Shown: positions 28,598-38,414 of the stretch, piece after piece
Layout: every line of letters starts with the position of its first letter
Position numbering within the stretch: the first letter of the stretch is position 1
Notes under the pieces: model-generated
Told to the model about the DNA's origin: nothing
The model's input: only the letters and a program-made list of their open reading frames with translations
Databases searched by the model: none
Assembly (NCBI GenBank): GCA_040390125.1
Contig: JAZJYZ010000001.1
Coordinates: 668,210-732,209, forward strand
Length of the DNA stretch: 64,000 bases
Origin: Patescibacteria group bacterium
GTDB taxonomy: Bacteria > Patescibacteriota > Minisyncoccia > Phycocordibacterales > Phycocordibacteraceae
Reading direction: 5' to 3'
Program-made: the position numbers and the translations under genes

Positions 28598-28897
28598 TTA
28601 AAAGAATATAAAACGCTTTTTTGCTTTCTCACGTGGTTTATTAAGCGATGTATGACGGAAAAGAAAATCCTCCGTAGAATTGTTAGTTTCAGAAACGAGC
28701 CTAAGGCGCTGCTCAAGGAGGAGTGCAAGTGGATTTTCTTTGGAAATCCTCAATATGGGGATTAATCTTCTTTCAATTTCTCCCAAACTAAGGGCCCGCA
28801 GATTCTCGAACAGCCTTCTATCATGGTTTGCCGAGCCATATATCGTATCTTTCTGGCTTTCAAGTGAAAGTCGTACGCTCTCAGGACTCATGACCAT
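28598..28897 (-). CDS. Hypothetical protein (99 aa), ends 4 nt upstream of gdhA
   Basis: ATG start MVMSPES. No motif. Confidence 0.4.
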   Translation of the reverse strand: MVMSPESVRLSLESQKDTIYGSANHDRRLFENLRALSLGEIERRLIPILRISKENPLALLLEQRLRLVSETNNSTEDFLFRHTSLNKPREKAKKRFIFF

Positions 28898-28922
28898 GAA
28901 GAAAAGTTTACTTTGCTACCTA

Positions 28923-31100
28923 CTATTTCGCAACTTTCACAGCCTCTTCAAGTTTGACTGAAAGCACCTTCGAAACACCGTCGTTGCCCATGGTGATGCC
29001 ATAAAGAATTCCTGCCCGAGACATCGTTTCTCGATTGTGAGTGATGATGGCGAGCTGAGATTTTTTTGAGAGTGCCTCAACCATGTCGCCGTACCTGCGA
29101 CTATTTGACTCATCAAGTGCGGCATCGGTTTCATCAAGCATAAGAAACGGTGGTGGATTCACAGACGACATTGCAAAAATAAGCGCAATTGATGTCAATG
29201 TACGCTCCCCGCCTGAGAGCATGACCAAACTCTTTACACGCTTTCGAGGAATAGAGAGCGAGATATCAATTCCTGACGAGGTTTCTTCAGTTTCACGCTC
29301 CGCATCTCCGCCTTCCTCATCAAAAACATTCTCTGCTTTCCGCCGTACCGGCTCCTCAATACGTACCAATGACGCCGAACCACCGTCAAACATTAAAGCA
29401 AAGAACTTAGTGAACTCAGTGTTAATGGCATCAATACCTTCCGTAAAACGCACACTGAGTTCCGCTTCGAGGTTTTGTATTAATCCTTTTAAGGATACCG
29501 ACGCTGTTTCAAGATCAGCAAGTTCACGCTCTAGAAACGCTTCACGCTCGCTTGCCTCTTTATATTCTTTCATCACGTCAGCACTGGCACTCGTGCCCAT
29601 TTCCTCAAGGCGTATCTTGGTTTTCTCAAGCTCTCGCTTCTCTTGTGCTTGTGCGTCCCGAGACACAGATTCAATGACTAGAGAAGAATACGAAAGAGCT
29701 TCCCTACCAATAAGTGTTCCGGCCTCTAGCAAGTCACGTTCAAACTCAGCTTTTTCTAAACCAAGTCGCCCCATTTCACCTTCAAGCATATTCAAACGGT
29801 GCCTAACATCACGCTCGGCAGTGGCGAGACTGAAAAGAGCTCGTTCTTTTTCACGTTCATTCGTTCTCGCAGTATCAAGCTCGGTTCTGATGGTATCCAG
29901 CGATTCTGAAAGCTCTGTTTCTTTTTGAGCAAACTCTTTCTCGGCGTTCATCGCAAGCTCTCGTTCACGCTTGAGATGTGCCACATCCTCCGAGTCGTTT
30001 GCAGTAGTCGCAGTCAGCACTTTGAATCTGGCAAAGTACTCACGGAAAAAGGAAAGTACTTCCGCTATAGGACTATTAGAAAATCCATTGAGTGCCCTCT
30101 CTCCTTCCTCAACTAATTGCGAAACCTCCGAGAGAGGCAGGCTCGCATTACTCATCGTCCTTTCCAGAGCTTCAATCTGGCCTTCAAATCGTGACGCTTT
30201 TCTGAGTGCCTCTGCACGTGAACTCCTCGCACTATCAAGAGCACTTGATATTTCAAGAATGGCACTTCCACGTTTGTCTTCATCAGACTGTGCTAGAGCC
30301 TGCTTTGCCTCCGCTACTTTTCCAGCGATTTCCGCAAGCTCCTGACGCCTTTCTAAAAGTTCACTCTCAAATTGAGAGCTTGCCGCCCCCAGATAGGATT
30401 CTTCACGTTTGAAATATGTCTGAAAACGGAGGGTGGCAGATGCACGTAACACCTCAGCTTTCTCGACTTTCTCAACCTGCTTTTTTAGAAAGCGCAAATG
30501 CGGAGCAATCTCACGACGAAGCGCCTCCACTTGGCGCATATTTTCTTCTGTCTTCTGGAGCTTACGTAGGGACTCTTCGAGTTTATATTGATATGCCTTG
30601 AGACCAAGCGCATCTTCGAGCATTTCCCTGCGTTCACGTGGCGGAGCAGAGAGTATCTTGTCGGCTTCGCCTTGAGAGATGATGTGATGCCCGGTAGCCC
30701 CAATGTTTGCTCCTGCCAGTAATTCAAGAATGTCTTTCAGACGCACCTGGCTTCCGTTCAAGCGATACTCGTTGGTGCCATCCCTATTTACCACCCGCTC
30801 AATAACCACTTCATCAAAATCAAGATTTAAGAAACGTGACGTGTTGTCAAAGGCAATAGCCACCGATGCACGATTAGCTCGGGGTGTTGTTGCAGAACCA
30901 TTCCAAATAAGATCTTCACCACGCTTTCCACGCATCGATTTCATTGACTGTTCGCCCAATACGAAACGCACCGCTTCTGCGACGTTTGATTTACCTGAGC
31001 CGTTCGGGCCCACAATGGCAACTACTGACGTATTGAAATCAAAGCTAGTCTTCTTAGCAAAAGACTTAAAGCCCGCAATGTCGAGGCGAGTGAGATGCAT
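28923..31100 (-). CDS. smc: SMC-family ATPase, unusually short (725 aa)
   Basis: N-terminal Walker A FKSFAKKTSFDF...VGPNGSGKSNVAEAVRFVLGEQS. C-terminal signature/Walker B LSGGERTLTSIALIFA...LMLDETDAALD. Long coiled-coil in between. Confidence 0.8.
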   Translation of the reverse strand: MHLTRLDIAGFKSFAKKTSFDFNTSVVAIVGPNGSGKSNVAEAVRFVLGEQSMKSMRGKRGEDLIWNGSATTPRANRASVAIAFDNTSRFLNLDFDEVVIERVVNRDGTNEYRLNGSQVRLKDILELLAGANIGATGHHIISQGEADKILSAPPRERREMLEDALGLKAYQYKLEESLRKLQKTEENMRQVEALRREIAPHLRFLKKQVEKVEKAEVLRASATLRFQTYFKREESYLGAASSQFESELLERRQELAEIAGKVAEAKQALAQSDEDKRGSAILEISSALDSARSSRAEALRKASRFEGQIEALERTMSNASLPLSEVSQLVEEGERALNGFSNSPIAEVLSFFREYFARFKVLTATTANDSEDVAHLKRERELAMNAEKEFAQKETELSESLDTIRTELDTARTNEREKERALFSLATAERDVRHRLNMLEGEMGRLGLEKAEFERDLLEAGTLIGREALSYSSLVIESVSRDAQAQEKRELEKTKIRLEEMGTSASADVMKEYKEASEREAFLERELADLETASVSLKGLIQNLEAELSVRFTEGIDAINTEFTKFFALMFDGGSASLVRIEEPVRRKAENVFDEEGGDAERETEETSSGIDISLSIPRKRVKSLVMLSGGERTLTSIALIFAMSSVNPPPFLMLDETDAALDESNSRRYGDMVEALSKKSQLAIITHNRETMSRAGILYGITMGNDGVSKVLSVKLEEAVKVAK

Positions 31101-31112
31101 GCAAGCATTATA

Positions 31113-31148
31113 GAATAGCTTTCAGCTTTCAGGTGTGAGCTTTCAGGG
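31113..31148. repeat. agctttcag-type heptamer element upstream of smc
   Basis: atagctttcagctttcaggtgtgagctttcaggg, built from the same 7-mers as the elements at 35118, 50175 and 63259. Confidence 0.6.
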
Positions 31149-31177
31149 AGGAAAAAAATCACCACTACTTTACTTTT

Positions 31178-31501
31178 TTACTCAGGTACGATAATCAATT
31201 CAATCTTTCGAGACATTTTACGTGCTTTTAAAAGTCGATCAATCCCTAAAAAACCAAAAATCAGCATCAAACCGGCACCAACCATGCTATGCACATAGTT
31301 AGGATCAGACTCAGGAGTTGCGTTAAAAGCCAAGTGCGATATCAACTCTGAAATGAATGGAGCAGAGAGACCCAAACCTGCGAAAATAGCTGCTAGTTTT
31401 TTATTCAAGCGAGCACTCTGTGCACGAGCAGATTGACTAGCAAGACCGACCACCTCTTCAAGTGTTGTCCCGTTACGATGTTTTTCTGCCATCTTGGACA
31501 T
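31178..31501 (-). CDS. Hypothetical membrane protein (107 aa)
   Basis: ATG start. Two hydrophobic segments. Confidence 0.45.
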   Translation of the reverse strand: MSKMAEKHRNGTTLEEVVGLASQSARAQSARLNKKLAAIFAGLGLSAPFISELISHLAFNATPESDPNYVHSMVGAGLMLIFGFLGIDRLLKARKMSRKIELIIVPE

Positions 31502-31574
31502 TGTATAATAAAAATACTATTTGTCAAATAACCTGTAAAATCTGACTAGCCTCGCAAAGTCTAGGTGTTGCACA

Positions 31575-31604
31575 AATAAAAAACCGCCCGAAGGGCGGTT
31601 TTTA
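31575..31604 (-). terminator. Bidirectional intrinsic terminator (A-run, ccgccc-gaag-ggcgg, T-run)
   Basis: aaaaaaccgcccgaagggcggttttt, a GC hairpin flanked by an A-tract and a T-tract, just downstream of the 31615..31776 ORF. Confidence 0.75.
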
Positions 31605-31614
31605 AACGAAACGA

Positions 31615-31776
31615 CTAGGCCAGTTTATCTGTAGGCTCTATTGCCCTCAATACCTCATCAGAAGGACCTGGTGGATTCTTCCACGTATCCGCAGTCAACG
31701 GCGTCTTTGGACGTGATGTTCTTGGCTTCCGCCATGCAAACATGTCGTATGCTTTTTCTGGTGCTTTTGTTGTCAT
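31615..31776 (-). CDS. Small hypothetical protein (53 aa from ATG; the TTG-extended ORF reaches 31806)
   Basis: MTTKAPEKAYDMFAWRKPRTSRPKTPLT.... Supported mainly by the clean terminator downstream. Confidence 0.3.
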   Translation of the reverse strand: MTTKAPEKAYDMFAWRKPRTSRPKTPLTADTWKNPPGPSDEVLRAIEPTDKLA

Positions 31777-31835
31777 GTCGGGAAAATAACACAACAATAC
31801 CCGCAATGCAAGAGGAGTAATTTTAGCCCGTTTTT

Positions 31836-31859
31836 TGTGCTACACCCGGGTGTAGCACA
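31836..31859. repeat. 24-bp perfect palindrome tgtgctacacccgggtgtagcaca downstream of rnc
   Basis: Exact palindrome flanked by tttttt and aaa. An identical copy is at 40451. Confidence 0.85.
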
Positions 31860-31907
31860 AAGTACCCCTCTTTCCCTAAACACTAAACACTGTCCACTAA
31901 ACCCTAA

Positions 31908-32630
31908 CTAGTCTTTCTCTTGTAGTGCTTTCTTAGCAGCGTTTTGTTCGGCTTCTTGCTTTGACTTCCCTTCTCCTTCCGCAAGTTCAATATCTCCAAC
32001 TGACACTGAAACTACAAACTGCTTGTCATGGTCAGGACCTTCCGCACGCACTGTTTCGTACCTAGGGGTCATGCCGTATTTTGCTTGAGCAAATTCCTGG
32101 AACTCACTCTTCGCATCTCTCCATGCACCCGTTGCCAAGACTTCTGGCATGCGTGTAATGACGTGACGGTTTATGAAGTCAGCAGCACCTTGGTACCCCT
32201 GGTCCATATAGAGTGCTCCAACGATTGCTTCAAAGGCATTTGCAAGAATAGTTGCACGAGCACGACCAAGGTCCCTTGCTTCTCCTTTGGAGAGGAGTAA
32301 ACAATCATTTACACCAAGCTCTTCAGCAATACCGGCAAGCATGACTGCGTTCACAAGGGCAGCACGATAGTTGGTGAGATCGCCTTCGTTAGAGTCAGGG
32401 TAGGCACGAAACAAATGGTCAGTCACTGCAAGCTCTAAGACGGCGTCTCCTAAAAATTCAAGACGCTCATTGTGCTCACCTGCCTGTGCAGGGTTGCCCA
32501 CTGAGCGTGATTCATTTATGTATGAGCGGTGTGTAAAAGCAGTATCGATAAAAATCGGATTCTTGAATGAAATTCCTGCACGAGTTTCAAATTGCTCTCG
32601 TGCTTTCTTATGAGCATCGGTTATGGCCAT
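31908..32630 (-). CDS. rnc: Ribonuclease III
   Basis: Signature ERLEFLGDAVLELAVTDHLF and a C-terminal dsRBD. Confidence 0.92.
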   Translation of the reverse strand: MAITDAHKKAREQFETRAGISFKNPIFIDTAFTHRSYINESRSVGNPAQAGEHNERLEFLGDAVLELAVTDHLFRAYPDSNEGDLTNYRAALVNAVMLAGIAEELGVNDCLLLSKGEARDLGRARATILANAFEAIVGALYMDQGYQGAADFINRHVITRMPEVLATGAWRDAKSEFQEFAQAKYGMTPRYETVRAEGPDHDKQFVVSVSVGDIELAEGEGKSKQEAEQNAAKKALQEKD

Positions 32631-33508
32631 AATCGTTTTGTTTCTCTTACACCAGACTCTATCATCTCAGAAAGGTCGTCGTATACAGGTATGCCCAGGA
32701 GTTCCTCTTCAGCAAACCAACGGGCATCTTTAATGCCACCAGAAACTTGAGCAGTAAGCGGTACGAGCTCTGGAGCACACGCAAGAAAATAACCAACAGT
32801 TCGAACAATACGCCCAACACCCGGCTCATGAGCAATAAACTCATGCTCTCCGAGTGCCCCTTTGATTTCAATCTCGACGCCTAAGTCTTCTTTCATTGCA
32901 CGCCTTGCTGCTGAATCAGACAATTCATCCTCGGTACATTTTGATTTTGGCAGTGTCCAACGATCAAAGGCATCGAGAACGAGCGCAACGTGTACTTTGC
33001 CATCCACAACTGCCGTAAGCACCACACCACCTAAGTGCTCATGAGGAAGCGGGGTGGAATCTTTTGGAACATCGTCTTTACCCGGGCTTCCGATAGAGCG
33101 ATATACAGCTCCAAGTACTCCGTTCACGAATTTACCACTTGAGTCAGAACCATACGCCTTTGCGAGTTCAATCGCTTCATTCAATGCAACTTTTGGTGGC
33201 ACCTCTTCTTTGTTTGCGAAGAGAAGCTCGTAAAGCCCAATGCGAAGTATGTTTCTATCAATAGGGGCAATTTTATCAAGGGGCCACTGCGGTGCAGACG
33301 TCGCCATAACCTCATCAATTTCAGATTGTTTTGCAAGGATGCCGTCAAGCAAGGATTCTGCAAAAGGACCATCAGAATCACCCTCTGCAAAATCCTTTAA
33401 GTTCCGTGCAAGTATTGCCTTAGCGGGGTCATGAGTGAAGGTGCCTTGAGCGTCACACTCAAAAAGCGTTTGAAGAACATGAGAGCGTGAGAGGTGTCGG
33501 GAAGACAT
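32621..33508 (-). CDS. nusB: NusB-like antitermination domain fused to a C-terminal NUDIX hydrolase domain
   Basis: N-terminal half has the NusB fold (HVLQTLFECD..., LAKAYGSDSSGKFVNGVLG). C-terminal half has a Nudix box variant WTLPKSKCTEDELSDSAARRAMKEDLGVE. The ATG at 33508 is preferred over the TTG at 33571. Overlaps the rnc start by 10 nt. Confidence 0.7.
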   Translation of the reverse strand: MSSRHLSRSHVLQTLFECDAQGTFTHDPAKAILARNLKDFAEGDSDGPFAESLLDGILAKQSEIDEVMATSAPQWPLDKIAPIDRNILRIGLYELLFANKEEVPPKVALNEAIELAKAYGSDSSGKFVNGVLGAVYRSIGSPGKDDVPKDSTPLPHEHLGGVVLTAVVDGKVHVALVLDAFDRWTLPKSKCTEDELSDSAARRAMKEDLGVEIEIKGALGEHEFIAHEPGVGRIVRTVGYFLACAPELVPLTAQVSGGIKDARWFAEEELLGIPVYDDLSEMIESGVRETKRLWP

Positions 33509-33592
33509 AGTTAGAGAGTGGAAAGTGGAAGGTAGAAAGTAGAAACAAAATCTCAAGGTACAGAATAGCAAAAAATAACCTGCGTATGCAGG

Positions 33593-33901
33593 CTATTTTG
33601 CTTGTTTCGATTTCTTTGGAAGTTTCTTAGTTTCCTCCTTTACTTTCGGTTCCTCAGTTGCTTTTTCTTTTGCAGGTCCGGATTCCTGCTGACGACGAGT
33701 TGCTGATTTTTTAGCACGGAGTGCTCGGGCTGAGGCTTTGTCCATAACTGAACGGCCACGGTACATGGTTCCATCTAAAAGGGCACGGTGGCGTGGGTGT
33801 GCTGTACCGTCCTTTGCAGAAGTAAGCTGCATCTTCTTCAAAGCGTGGTGCGAACGGCGATTTGCCGTGTGCGCCCTCGTATGTCTCATTCGTACTACCA
33901 T
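33593..33901 (-). CDS. rpmF: 50S ribosomal protein L32 with Lys/Glu-rich C-terminal extension
   Basis: MRHTRAHTANRRSHHALK...DGTAHPRHRA...YRGRSV matches the L32 signature region. A ~45-aa basic/acidic tail follows. Confidence 0.7.
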   Translation of the reverse strand: MVVRMRHTRAHTANRRSHHALKKMQLTSAKDGTAHPRHRALLDGTMYRGRSVMDKASARALRAKKSATRRQQESGPAKEKATEEPKVKEETKKLPKKSKQAK

Positions 33902-34128
33902 GCGTTCGAAGATACCAGAAAACCCCTAAAACAGCAAGGTTTTGAGTATAAAGACTTCCCTGAAAACTGAAACCTGACAGCTAAAAGCTGGCCTATTTCG
34001 CACACTTGAGTGCAGTCAAAAATATCTCAGATGCGAGGCACGAGCGAGCACCGTACCGAGCCATATCGAGCATATGGTGAAGGGAGGAGCGGAGTGAGGA
34101 ACGATGCAGATGAAGATTTTAGACGCAC

Positions 34129-34518
34129 TCAACGCATTGCGTCGGTGAATTCTTTAAGCACACTCTCAGTCGCTTCCGCCAACGCATGTACCAGCTCCTC
34201 TTGATTGAATTTTGTACGGAAAAACCCTGCCACTGCATTTAAATCAGGCTCTGTTCCCGGCTCAAAACCATTACCCATTTCCGCAAGCTCTTTTTTGTCG
34301 TCATCAGAAAGTCTCTCACCAAGTCGGACCAAAAGATCGGCGGCGATGGCTTCCATCAAATTTTGCTCCACCTCTTTTCGCTCATCATCAGGCACACGAA
34401 GTTCATTCAGGGTTTCATCAACGTAGCCGTACAGGGCTACCACCCGCTCGGCTAATTCTGGGTCAATAGGTAAATCAGGAACCTGTCCTCCTTGCACATC
34501 CTGTGGTTCATCGCTCAT
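34129..34518 (-). CDS. Acidic hypothetical protein (129 aa), overlaps the rnhB start by 4 nt
   Basis: ATG start. Strongly acidic (D/E-rich). No motif recognised. Confidence 0.45.
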   Translation of the reverse strand: MSDEPQDVQGGQVPDLPIDPELAERVVALYGYVDETLNELRVPDDERKEVEQNLMEAIAADLLVRLGERLSDDDKKELAEMGNGFEPGTEPDLNAVAGFFRTKFNQEELVHALAEATESVLKEFTDAMR

Positions 34519-35117
34519 GAGACAATAGTATCATTGACGATTCTCGAAAGAAAACTCATCCGGTGGATGGGTGAAGGACCGTATTCTTTAATAGCCTGAA
34601 TGTGTGATGCAGTCCCATACCCTTTATGCTTCTCAAAACCATATTGAGGTTGTTCCCCTGCAATCTTTACCATCAAGCGATCACGAGTAACTTTCGCAAC
34701 GATTGAAGCGAGCATAATGGCAGGAATCAATCCATCGCCACCAATAACAGTCTCTTGTTCATATTCAAAAGGTGCCTTGAGAGAACCATCAAGATATATT
34801 TTCCCTTCTCTGGGGTTAGGCATAAGTTTTCGCACGCCCTGCTCGAGCGCATGTGAAATAGCGTACGAGATTCCTTTTGTATCTATCACGTTTGAGCTCG
34901 ACAAGCACACGACTGCACGCACGCTTCCAACTTTCATTTCTTCTTGAAGACGCAGAAACAATAATTCACGTTTTTTCTCTGAAAGTTTTTTAGAATCGTT
35001 GAGCCCTGGAAATGCAGTGAGTAAATCAAAACCACTCTCTATCGCAACTACCCCCACGGCAACGGGTCCTGCCAAGGGTCCCCTGCCCGCTTCGTCAATT
35101 CCGAGAATGTAAGTCAT
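34515..35117 (-). CDS. rnhB: Ribonuclease HII
   Basis: ILGIDEAGRGPLAGPVAVGVV N-terminal catalytic motif. 200 aa. Confidence 0.92.
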   Translation of the reverse strand: MTYILGIDEAGRGPLAGPVAVGVVAIESGFDLLTAFPGLNDSKKLSEKKRELLFLRLQEEMKVGSVRAVVCLSSSNVIDTKGISYAISHALEQGVRKLMPNPREGKIYLDGSLKAPFEYEQETVIGGDGLIPAIMLASIVAKVTRDRLMVKIAGEQPQYGFEKHKGYGTASHIQAIKEYGPSPIHRMSFLSRIVNDTIVS

Positions 35118-35220
35118 AGCTTCTAGCTTTCAGCCTATAGCTTATAGGGAGGAAAGAAAGGTTTTTTGGGATATTGGATGTGTAAAGCTGGAAGCTGACA
35201 GCTGGAAGCTGTAAGCTACT
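35118..35220. repeat. Composite agcttctag / agctggaag heptamer element filling the divergent rnhB-dnaE gap
   Basis: agcttctagctttcagcctatagcttataggg ... aaagctggaagctgacagctggaagctgtaagctact. The central AT-rich 35 nt (ttttttgggatattggatgtgt) probably carries the divergent promoters. Confidence 0.7.
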
Positions 35221-35224
35221 GGGA

Positions 35225-38200
35225 ATGTCCTCCTTCTCCCACCTCTCCGCACACAGTCACTACAGCCTGCTTGACGGCATAGTTCAAATAGATGCACTCG
35301 TAAACACTGCGATGTTCTACGGGATGCCCGCACTTGCACTCACTGACCGCAATAACTTGTATGGTGCAATTGAGTTTTACAAAGCATGCAAAAAAGCTGG
35401 CATCAAACCAATCCTCGGTATCGACGCAGACATAGCTATTGCCGACACTGAAGACCACATAATTTTTCTTGCAGAAACAAACGAAGGGTATCAGCATCTT
35501 TTAAAACTAATCTCACACGCATATCTAGACCTGTCTAAAGAGACGGGAGGAAACGCTCTACCAAAAGTAACCGCCGAACATATACAAAAATATGGCAAAG
35601 GCTTAATTGCACTCATTCCCGACACTGCACTGGTGCGCAGAAATTCCGAAGCCCTTGTAGAGGTGCTCCGGCAGGGCCTCGGAAAAGAAAGTGTGTATGC
35701 CCGACTTGGCTGGAATGGTGGCAGGGATCAACAACTTCGCATTGCGGGAATTGCAAAAGCGCTCGAACTCAATCTCGTTGCATCAGACGACACGTATTAT
35801 TTAAAACCTGAAGATAGGCAAGCACGTGACATCGTACGCAGGATTGCCGTTCCTGGAGTTCCGGCAGACCCTTCTGACCTGGCTTTTTGTAGTGTAGAAA
35901 CCGCCACTGAGCGTTACCGTGATTTTCCAGAAGCACTCGCAAACGTAGAGGCAATCGCCAATCGTACTGACGTAACGTTGAACTTAGGCTCATGGGTATT
36001 TCCTCACTTTCCTCTCCCCAAAGGAGCCAGTTATGAAACTGAGCTGAAAAACGCCATAGAAAAAGGACTCACGGAAAGAAAAATGGAAGCGACGAGCGAA
36101 GTACGAGAACGCATCGACTACGAGCTTTCAATCATCAGTACCAAAGGTTTTGCCCCGTACTTCCTTACGGTGGCAGACCTACTTGCATACGCCAGAAATC
36201 ACGGAATACTCACGACGACCCGTGGTTCTGCGGCAGGATCTCTCGTTTCATATTTGACCGGCATTACGAACGTAGACCCAATGGCGTATCGCCTCCCCTT
36301 CGAGCGATTCTTGAATCCCGAACGTCCTTCAGCACCCGACATCGACATGGACTTTGCCGACAATCGCCGAGACGAAATGATTCAGTACGCCAAAGAAAAG
36401 TATGGTGAAGAGTGTGTGGCACAAATAGGAACCTTCGGAACCATGATGGCACGTGCGGCGGTCAGAGATGTCGCACGTGCATTAGGGTATCCGTATGGCG
36501 TGGGCGACAGAATCGCAAAGTTAATTCCCATGGGGTCACAAGGATTTCCCATGACCATTAAGAAAGCCCTCGAGATAGAAGATGAACTGAAAAAACTATA
36601 CCAATCAGATGAGGACGCTGAAATCATCATCGACACAGCAAAACAAATAGAAGGAAATGCCCGACATATTTCCATCCACGCAGCAGGCATCGTCATCGCA
36701 CCCACCGCAGTGTCTGACTTCGTGCCAGTGCAGTTTGAACCCTCCGGCAGTGCAATCATTACGCAGTACGATATGCATGAAGTTGAAGATGCAGGACTTT
36801 TGAAATTCGATTTCCTTGGACTTACTAACCTCTCCATTCTTGGAGACTCCGTTGAAAGAGTCATCGCAAGAAAGGGCGAACGAGTGGACATTGAAAACAT
36901 CCCACTCGATGACAAGAAAACATTTGCAATGCTCGCCCGAGGCGAAACTGGTGGCGTGTTCCAGCTCGGAGGCTCCGGCATGACACATTATCTGAAAAGC
37001 CTAAAACCATCATCTATTCACGACATCAATGCCATGGTGGCTCTGTACCGCCCAGGACCAATGGAATCAATTCCGGAGTACATTGAACGCAAACACAACC
37101 CCGCTCTCGTAACATATTTGGATCCACGAATGAAAGATATATTGGACCGCTCGTACGGCATCATCACCTATCAGGACGACGTGCTTTTAATAGCAATCAC
37201 CTTGGCCGGCTATTCATGGCTTGAGGCTGATCAGCTACGAAAAGCTATGGGCAAAAAAATTCCCGCAGAAATGGAGGCACAAAAAGAGAAGTTTATTCAG
37301 GGTTGCTTGGAGCACGGAAAATTGCAAAAAACAAAAGCTGAAAGTTTGTGGAAACTCATTGAACCGTTTGCCGCATACGGCTTCAACAAAGGACACGCCG
37401 CCTCGTACGGAAAAGTCGCCTATCAGACGGCATACATGAAGGCCAACCACACGGAAGACTACATGGCAGCACTTCTCTCGGCAGACTCAGGGAATGTCGA
37501 GCGCATTGCAGACGATGTAGCAGAATGTGAGCGTATTGGCATCCGGGTTCTTCCGCCCGACATCAACGAATCATTTGAATCGTTCACTGTCATTGCAGGA
37601 GGGATGATCCGATTCGGACTCTCCACCATAAAAAACTTCGGTGAGGGAGCATCAAAGGCAGTAATCGAAGAGCGCTACAGGGGTGGAAAATTCACTTCCA
37701 TAGGCGACGTGCTTTCCCGCTTGCCGGGAAGCATCTTGAACCGACGTGCCCTGGAGTCACTCATAAAATGCGGTGTATTCGATGCGTTCAATAATCGTGG
37801 CATTCTCTTGGGCAACATTGAAAAACTACTTTTGTTTGCAAAAGATGCGGGCGCAACTTCTGCAGGACAGGACTCTTTGTTTGGAGCTATGCCTGCGACT
37901 ACTAATATCGCACTGAATCCCGCTCCGGCACTCTCACAAATTGAGATGCTGAATTCTGAAAAAGAACTTTTAGGTGTGTATGTTTCAGGACATCCGCTCG
38001 ACCAATTTAAAGTGGAGCTTGCGAAATATCCTCACTCAATTAAATTCGCACGTGCCGAAGAGAGAAACGGCTACCCCCTGGTCGTGTGTGGTGTCATTGA
38101 AAGCATAAAAACAATTCTTACAAAGAAGGGCGACAAAATGGCATTCATCACCATCACTGACAAAGATGGCTTCATAGAAACAGTTGCCTTCCCTGAGGTC

Positions 38201-38317
38201 TACAAAACGAACGCCAGCGTGATAACTGAAGGAACCTGCGTTCTCTTCAAGGGCAAGCTTTCAAAACGAAATGGCGAACCATCGATTTTGATTGAGAAAG
38301 TCAAAGAGCTCAAGTAG
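35225..38317 (+). CDS. dnaE: DNA polymerase III alpha subunit, compact 1030-aa form
   Basis: PHP domain HLSAHSHYSLLDG. Polymerase core (palm/fingers) recognisable. Shorter than the ~1160-aa E. coli DnaE. Confidence 0.9.
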   Translation: MSSFSHLSAHSHYSLLDGIVQIDALVNTAMFYGMPALALTDRNNLYGAIEFYKACKKAGIKPILGIDADIAIADTEDHIIFLAETNEGYQHLLKLISHAYLDLSKETGGNALPKVTAEHIQKYGKGLIALIPDTALVRRNSEALVEVLRQGLGKESVYARLGWNGGRDQQLRIAGIAKALELNLVASDDTYYLKPEDRQARDIVRRIAVPGVPADPSDLAFCSVETATERYRDFPEALANVEAIANRTDVTLNLGSWVFPHFPLPKGASYETELKNAIEKGLTERKMEATSEVRERIDYELSIISTKGFAPYFLTVADLLAYARNHGILTTTRGSAAGSLVSYLTGITNVDPMAYRLPFERFLNPERPSAPDIDMDFADNRRDEMIQYAKEKYGEECVAQIGTFGTMMARAAVRDVARALGYPYGVGDRIAKLIPMGSQGFPMTIKKALEIEDELKKLYQSDEDAEIIIDTAKQIEGNARHISIHAAGIVIAPTAVSDFVPVQFEPSGSAIITQYDMHEVEDAGLLKFDFLGLTNLSILGDSVERVIARKGERVDIENIPLDDKKTFAMLARGETGGVFQLGGSGMTHYLKSLKPSSIHDINAMVALYRPGPMESIPEYIERKHNPALVTYLDPRMKDILDRSYGIITYQDDVLLIAITLAGYSWLEADQLRKAMGKKIPAEMEAQKEKFIQGCLEHGKLQKTKAESLWKLIEPFAAYGFNKGHAASYGKVAYQTAYMKANHTEDYMAALLSADSGNVERIADDVAECERIGIRVLPPDINESFESFTVIAGGMIRFGLSTIKNFGEGASKAVIEERYRGGKFTSIGDVLSRLPGSILNRRALESLIKCGVFDAFNNRGILLGNIEKLLLFAKDAGATSAGQDSLFGAMPATTNIALNPAPALSQIEMLNSEKELLGVYVSGHPLDQFKVELAKYPHSIKFARAEERNGYPLVVCGVIESIKTILTKKGDKMAFITITDKDGFIETVAFPEVYKTNASVITEGTCVLFKGKLSKRNGEPSILIEKVKELK

Positions 38318-38392
38318 GTTATAGGTTTTAGGGGATAGGTTTTAGTTTTCCCGATTTTAAACTAGCACCTATAACCTAGTCCCTAGAACCTG
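38318..38392. repeat. taggtt/aacctag heptamer palindromic element between dnaE and thrS
   Basis: gttataggttttaggggataggttttag - ttttcccgattttaaac - tagcacctataacctagtccctagaacc. Confidence 0.75.
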
Positions 38393-38414
38393 CCCTCTAT
38401 GCTATATTTTCAAA

